28,945 nt of DNA from Vermamoeba vermiformis. Lineage: Eukaryota. The translations under genes and the position numbers were made by a program. Shown piece by piece: positions 22,387-28,945 of the stretch; positions within the stretch are counted from its first letter, which is position 1, and each line of letters opens with the position of its first letter. Below the pieces are notes generated by a model. It had not been told where the DNA came from, searched no databases, and saw only the letters and a program-made list of their open reading frames with translations. The stretch spans positions 434,001 through 462,945 of the forward strand of contig JBEWZL010000064.1 of assembly GCA_045837725.1 (NCBI GenBank). Reading direction: 5' to 3'.

Positions 22387-25300
22387 TTAGTTCTTTTCTC
22401 GTACAAAGTACGTTGGTTCTAATGTATCAAAAGAATCATCTAGTAATGAATGCGCAACATATGTAACCGGATGAAATAGCCATGAATAAGGATTGCCGGC
22501 ACATGGCCTATATAATCATTAGTTTACGAGCTCAGAAATTTAAATTTGAAAATATTTCCATATTTGGAAATCGGATCCCGCGCTTTGAACTTACTCTGAC
22601 AAATAGGGCTGAGCGGCAATAAGCTCTTCTAAACTCGAATATACATTCATATCGCCTCTGCCTTCTAATATCAACTCTTCAACGACTTTTTCATCATTTT
22701 CAACGTGCGCTCGTTTCTCGATCGAGTGACAATGTATGATCCTTTCTTGATCCACGTAACACAACGTAAAACATCCCACAGTGTGGCCTAATCGCACTAA
22801 ATATGTTCCCGGTGCCTTATCCATCAACCGCGTCAAACTTTCATGCGCAGTTAGATCTCCATGGAACCACTTTTGTCGTACTAAGAGTTTCATCTGCAAA
22901 TATAAATTTCATTAGTATTATAAAAAAAACTTAAATTACACCCAAATTTTAAAAACGAATAAACGATTTGTTCGAAATAAATTGAAATTGTTTACTCACC
23001 CGACCAATGATATCGTTCGATGAGTGCAACGGACCAAACCACTCCAATAGCTTTCCAAATCGTTCAATAAGGACGTACTCGTCGTTCTTAGAATGTGCTT
23101 CATTATTGTACTTCCTTACTAAAATGCAGTACGTTAATTTTTCACTGAAAAGTTGGTCGGTGACACGTACCCAAAAATAACTTGAAAACTGTTAACGTTC
23201 TGTCATCCATTGAGGATAATAATGGTTTTATAGCTTGATAGAACGCCTTCCATTGCACGCGGTCTTTATCGGTGAAATTTTCTTCCCAGAATTTTCGACC
23301 GTTAACATCGCTAATAGCCTGATTCGTAACATTAAAACTCCGTTACAATAAAGAGTATGATAGTATACTTACTTGTTCTATAATTAGCTGGTTGATCATA
23401 CGCACTATTTCTTCGAATCCAGGTCGCTGATCTGCGTCATGCGCCCAACAGGCTTGCAAAAGTTGCACGTATGACTTGGGACAATCAGCGGGGATTGGAG
23501 GACGAAATCCTTCAAATGAAATCTACGACATATTGTGAGCTAATATACCATATAATAAGACCGAGACTTACCATTTTGATGAACTTTCTGATGTCAGATC
23601 CGACGAGATCCAAGTAAACTCGTTGGCGACAGTAGATCTCCCATAAAACAATTGCAAAGCTATATACATCGCTCTTCTCGTTAAATTGCGAGCCCTATTA
23701 TTATAGATTAGCAAGCTGTAGCTTCATAAATGCAACTATACGTACAGTGAGGACTTCAGGCGCCATGAAAAATGATGTTCCTTTCCACGTGCCTCGATCA
23801 TCATACGTCGAGTGCCCTTGACGCAGTTTTTCCGCGAACCCGAAGTCTATTGATTTTAGTACATTAGAATCTCACTGGAGATTGAAGGACAGTACGGCAA
23901 AGGATAATAACTTGCCTGAAACGACCACACGAAGATTTTCATCCACGAGGAAATTACGAGTTTTCTAGTTAAAAAAGTCGTTAGTATAGTTAATATGGAA
24001 GCTATAGTATGGCTATATGAACTTACGACATCGCGGTGAATAATCATTGGATCAGCACCGTGTAACCAAGCCATGCCTAACGCAGCGTCTTTTGCTAGTC
24101 TCAGCTTGGTCAATAGGCTCAATTTTCTTTCTTTGTTGAGCAGCAGTGCCTCGAGGTCACACTTCATTAATTCAAAAATTATCATCAGTGCGCCTGGTTG
24201 CGTGGATGCACCCAAAAATAGCATGACTTGCGGGTGATGCATTTTGCTTTAAAATAAATAATAATTGATGAGTATTACAAGTAAGAAAAATAAATAATTA
24301 CCTAATAATTTCAACTTCGTTGCAAAAGTCATCGATCGCGTCCTCATCCAGATCTCGGTTATGTAAAATTTTAATAGCAACTTCTTTCGATCTAAAATAC
24401 GCAATTAATTATTGCAAATATAAATTGGCTCATATTGGCCATTTTAGAAAATTAAATATTTTTGGATCGCGATCTGTCTTGATCAGATCACGCCAAACGT
24501 TAAAAAAAAACGTATATGGAATAAAATAGCATTCACATTAAAAAAAAAGAAAGGATTTGAGTAGACTCATAGCCCCCGCATTCATCCAATGAAGGAAGTG
24601 TTCACCCCACGGGTCGGTGGAGCGAATCGAGGAGGCTGAGTATTTTCCTCGTCCACTAATTCCATCAAACAAATTGCAAAACAACGAGTTTTGTTCAGAA
24701 CTAATGTTCTCGCTTAATTTTGTTGTGGGAGCAAAAGCGATGATTCACAATGATGGCGCAGCAAAATTTTTCCGTTGGGTACGTACCTGACTATGCCTTG
24801 ATAGACAGTACCAAATGAACCATGGCCTAATACTCGTACGAGCTTAATCTCTTGTGGCGCAACGAAATGCGTTTGTTGTGTGACAGATCTGAACCGGTCC
24901 TCGAGCTCTTGTTTGATCCGCTTTTCCTCTTCTTCCCAATATTTTCTACGCTCTTCTTCCAATATTTCATATTGTGCCCTAGACCCACTATTAATAAAAG
25001 TATATATTAAATTATTGCAATGTCTTGCCTCCGTTGTTCAGCTTCGGACTTCTTGCTGACCGCAGCAAACTTGATCTGTTCGTTGACATAGTAAAGCCAA
25101 TCTTGCATCGTCTCCTTAGTTTCTGACAACAAATATATACTCTCTTTCTTCTATACGAAGCGTTAGAACTGTCTTTGTTATACTACAGTTGGCAACACGT
25201 GTCATGACGTACCTCGTGTTTCAGCTGAAATGCAAAGAGAGGCTTGTCGGATTTGATCATATCAGTGCCCTCAACGGTAATAACTTTGTAGCCTTCAAGA

Positions 25301-26400
25301 CCTATAACGCGCTCGGGCATTGATGACTAAAGTACAAACATGTCATGAAAAGATCACCTAGGTGTCAAAACATCCATCAACTACGTACTTCTTTCGACCT
25401 ATAGTGCAACAACATACAATCTGTATTGAGAAGTTATATTAAGATGTGGCGATTAGACTAGGGTTGTTGTACGTACCTCCAAGCACGCACCACGAAGGTT
25501 TCCACCGAACATTTTCAGTGGTCGTAGAAACAGTCAAATAACCTTCTTTAGTCTTCACAAAACTCATCACTTCTTTCTATTATAATTTAAATAATATTAT
25601 TTAAATTTTAATTCAATGGGTGTAAGTCTATGTTGTTACCCTTAACGGTGAAGTCGTTAAATGATTCTCAAATGTAGGTACTATGCTCGTGTCTGCTGAG
25701 CTTCGATCTTGGTCTGTGACGTTGTGCGCGTCAAGTACTTCCAATTTAGGAAATACTGATACTACAAATCGCCTAATAATAGCGAGGTAAGTCGACGAAA
25801 TTGAATTTGAACGGATGTACGCCTACGTACCTGTATTGTTGATACGCTTCTTTTTGATCTTCAATGAAATTATTCGGGCAACAAGGATTACGTAATAAAC
25901 TCAAGTAAGCCAAATTAGGAAATGCTCGCGAAAGGGCACGTAACGCTTCGTCGAGATCCGTAATCTTTCATGAAATTAGTGGATCAATTGTTAATCTTCG
26001 ACTAATTAATTCCTTACATTATTATTATTGAGCCATAATGTTGTTACGGTTTCCAAGGGTTGTAATACTTTAAAGTCTCCGTTTGATAAATAATTGTGAT
26101 CCAAAATGACGCTTTGTAGTTTCTTAAAGTGGATTATATTCGATATATCACTAGTAATATATTAAAATTAATTTGCAAGCGATAAATTATTTTAAAATAA
26201 TTTTAATGAACGGATTTCACTTACGAAAGGTAATTCAATGACACGTCTAATGTCTCTACTATATCTACGAGTAATGCATTTTGTGGAGATTTTTTGTCGC
26301 TAAGTTTTGGAATTGAAACTAATTTCTGGCCAGCTAACGATAAATAAGTCCCATCTAATGTTAATAGGACACTATCGGCCTCTTCTGAACGTAAGTTCAT
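22387..26400 (-). CDS. LRR(LRMDA-like)+LRRcap - PH - tyrosine-kinase-like kinase - SH2 protein (Shk-like)
   Basis: LRR: LQSVILDHNYL, TLWLNNNNI, FPNLAYLSLLRNPCCP...YQQYRRFVVSVFPKLEVLD. PH: KEGYL...WKPSWCVL...FAFQL...YLLSETKETMQDW. Kinase: LGHGSFGTVY, VAIK, HRDVKTRN, DFG, GTSFFMAPE, KSDVYSFAIVLWEI, CW....RP.F. Shk-type linker GRKFW...FGKLLEWFGP. SH2: WFHGDL...GTYLVRL. All junctions are in frame. Confidence 0.9.
23847..23915 (-). other. GC-AG intron splitting the DFG aspartate codon
   Basis: TCA G|GCAAGT...AATAG|AC TTC GGG. Splicing here restores VVVS-DFG. Confidence 0.85.
24540..24663 (-). ncRNA. Candidate structured small RNA of unknown class inside the 395-nt kinase intron
   Basis: GC-rich island. 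The 5' and 3' ends pair (GGAAUU-AGUGGAC / GUCUACU-C-AAAUCC), there is an internal 10-bp hairpin and a second long-range stem, G-U pairs work only on the minus strand, and it ends in UUUCUUUUUUUUU. Confidence 0.6.
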
Positions 26401-26745
26401 AGCTAGTGTACTGGTATTATGTATAACTTCAATATTTCAAGTTCAAAAATGAGCAGAGCTATCTTTTTGCACGTGGTCAGGTAACGAATCTCAGCTCAAA
26501 AGCAGAGTGAGCACTCCATTACTGGGCATTACTTACGTACTTTTATCTCCACAATTTCTCGATCTGAGATATTATTTCGTTCATCAGCTATCTATCAGCA
26601 CGTGATTTTCAGATTCGGACATTTTTCGCACGAATTGTTGGCTTAAAACCGCAATTTCCGACATCCCCATTTTTCAATCAAGTTGATACCTTAAGCACCA
26701 CGTAAGGCTATCTAACACCCTTGCAGCCCTTAGATCACCGTGCAA

Positions 26746-27930
26746 ATGGTTGACGTTCAAATCCGCTTCTCAGCCGAAATTCTCCCTTTCAGCTTCGAGC
26801 CTGAGCTTAAGGAACGACTCATTTTGGACGTCCTCCCATCTCAATATTATCCTGCCGTTGAATTTTGGGAGGAAGAGAGTTATCCTGAGCCACAAATCCG
26901 CGAAGAAAAACGCGAGAATGATGAAGACTCGAATAAGGAGAAGCCTCAACCAGTAGAAATCGAAGTTAAAGAACCTATTATTAATACCGAAAATAACAAT
27001 AATCAAATTAAAAATGAAGTGGAAGAAGTCGATGAAGAATTTGAAATTTACTTGAGCCAGATTCAAGAGGAGATTGCTCGTGACCAAGAAATTGAATACT
27101 CCTACGATTGCGACGAATATGATGAATATGCCGAATACGAAGACGCTTACGAATTGAAATTCTTCCACAAGAAATCAAATCCAAAACGCCTTCGAAACAC
27201 ATCTCACTACAAACAAGAGAAAATCAATCCTGACCGATACATTAACGCTTACACGTAAGTATAATTTCCATATTTACCAATTACTCCCTTTACCACGATA
27301 TGTTTCTAATCTTTGAATCCAGTCAAAAACGCGAAGAACAACGAATCGAGCTCATCGCTCAAAACAACTCTTTTGCGAAGAGCAACGCATATGCTAAGTA
27401 CGGACGTCTCATTCCTCCTCCTCGCATTTACTCTGGAGAACCCACATCCACCTACGTTCCTCCCAGCCAACAACACCTACAATCAGTACAACCGCACTAA
27501 TAACCCCAACATCCCTCAAAGCGAATTGGACTTGATCAACCAAGCTATCCAAGCCTCTCTTCGCACCGCCCAACCCGTTCCTACTGCCGCTGGTTTGACC
27601 GCCAATCAACTTCTCGAGCTCCAAACCCGAGATTTGACCCCCGAAGATTACGAACTCTTGTTGCGATTGGACGAGAGTGTTAAGAAGAAGACCTTGACTA
27701 AGACTCAATGCGCTTCGTTTCCTTCACGTACTTTGGACGAAGAAGGCGCTAAGTGCTTCACTGGCAATCCTTGCTCGATCTGCTTCGGTGATTACGAGTG
27801 CGGAGAAAAAGTCCGAACCTTGCCTTGCGATCATACCTTCCACAACGAGTGCATTGACCAATGGCTCACGAGCTCATCCATTTCATGCCCCATGTGCAAG
27901 ACCTCTTTGGAAGTATTTTTCGAAGAGTAA
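26746..27930 (+). CDS. RING-H2 E3 ubiquitin ligase with a UIM-like motif; apparent +1 frame break at ~27463
   Basis: Acidic exon 1, intron 27255-27322. SELDLINQAIQASL is UIM-like. RDLTPEDYELLLRLDE precedes CSICFGDYECGEKVRTLPCDHTFHNECIDQWLTSSSISCPMCK (C3H2C3). TAA at 27928-27930. Confidence 0.88.
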
Positions 27931-28148
27931 ATTCTTGTGCCAGATCGAACCAACTTTTGTACAATAGCGCGGACTGTAATTTTGTTAAAGTGTAAAATAA
28001 CCCTGTAAATAAAATCGAAATCAAATCAGAATCTTGCGTCAAAAAAACTTGAGAAAAATATCTGTAAGGACAGTCGCGGATTGAACTGAACAAACTGACT
28101 CTTACTTTATTAAAAGTACATACATACATTGCAGTACGTAGTGTTTAT

Positions 28149-28945
28149 TTACTGGTCCTTGTGGTGCCAGTAGTGCAGCTTGTTGTCAGAGTATAAGCCG
28201 AATAACTTTAAACCGTCAGCTGAGTACCAGAGACTCTTGCAAACTAATTTCTTCTGCGCCATAATCTCCTTCTTAGACAGTCTAGGCGTGTACATGCCAA
28301 CAATCACTTTGCTCTCCAAATTCTAACAGATCCAAAATTAGTATGTATTTGTATGATACAACGCCGGTATTCGGGCCACTACGTACCATTAAGCATATGG
28401 TTCCCTTATTCGTGTATGCAATAATGTATTTTGTCGGATCATATTTGACCAGATCTGGTTGACAATCGCAGAAACCTTCCACTGTCATCAAGAATTCGAG
28501 AGTACCGGCATCATATAAGTTGATTTGATTAGTATTGCTCGCAATGGCGGCCAAACTGAAGTAAAGTAATAAATTGAGTACTTAGTGACAACCGATCCGT
28601 TTCATCTATTAATAGCATCTTATTTGTAACGACTATTATTACCTTTCGTCGGGACTGAAACTCACGGTCGAAGCAGGAATAGCATATTCCTTAGGATTAG
28701 GATAATTCGGTAAATCAGGTCCATCCAGCACGTACAGATTGTACTCCGTTGATATGAAATACCTTGCTGAATTCGTCGTCGTCAAATAAACACCTGAATT
28801 AATACGTAAGTGTAATTAGTTTCGATTCAAAATAGTGTTTGTTATTAATAATCGTCTTTGGAGTTTTTTTTTTCTGCGGATCAGATCTTACCTGTAATAT
28901 CACTTAACATCTGGATCGAATTAATAATGCTGCCGTGATGAATAA
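28149..28945 (-). CDS. 3' part of a WD40/beta-propeller-like protein (extends beyond the window)
   Basis: In-frame exons encode TVSFSPDER, NQINLYDAGT, VKYDPTKYIIAYTNKGTICLMNLES and SLWYSADGLKLFGLYSDNKLHYWHH. TAA at 28151-28149. Confidence 0.7.

Noticed and set aside
24561-24645. HDV-like ribozyme (CAGCCUCCUCG resembles HDV P2/P3/L3)
   Set aside because: No GGC partner for P3 and no P1/P1.1 in the required order.
24560-24650. RNase P/MRP RNA (GAGGAAA and GGGGCU near the closing stem)
   Set aside because: Lacks the GAAAGUC/GGAAnUC CR-I motif and is much shorter than known examples; not callable.
24625-24650. TPP riboswitch or hammerhead (CUGAG on the plus strand)
   Set aside because: No CCUGAU...CGNAGG pyrophosphate helix and no CUGANGA/GAAA core.
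26770-27708. Minus-strand ORFs of 132, 64 and 99 aa
   Set aside because: Antisense of the RING E3 gene.
1-28945. Alternative genetic code (stop reassignment), CRISPR arrays or transposase/RT genes
   Set aside because: TAA, TAG and TGA all end genes normally and the internal stops need frame changes rather than readthrough. No repeat-spacer arrays or mobile-element ORFs were seen.

Overview
Eukaryotic, gene-dense, intron-rich DNA with mostly 45-110 nt GT-AG introns and CTAAC-like branch points. The TKL-kinase+SH2 gene suggests an amoebozoan (inference). Hand-splicing gives these genes in order: 3' end of a Sec7/BIG ARF-GEF; F-box + galactose-binding-like protein (-); SCAPER (+); uncharacterised protein with a Tudor-like barrel (+); calponin-homology/coiled-coil/SBF2-like/CaaX protein (-); REXO1/REXO5-like DEDDh exonuclease (-); frameshifted, apparently intronless LRR + C-terminal F-box-like ORF running into tRNA-Lys(UUU); secreted protein with NGxETDxDCGG Cys repeats plus a decayed partial copy; PA-like + 7TM protein (+); LRR-PH-TKL kinase-SH2 gene (-); UIM/RING-H2 E3 (+); 3' end of a beta-propeller gene (-). 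Most notable: an unrecognised ~120-nt structured, oligo(U)-terminated RNA candidate in the one long intron of the kinase gene, the kinase domain architecture, recurrent +1 frame breaks in otherwise intact genes, and a recurring intronic TGACA-CG-TGTCA palindrome. All calls are by eye; no database searches were run.
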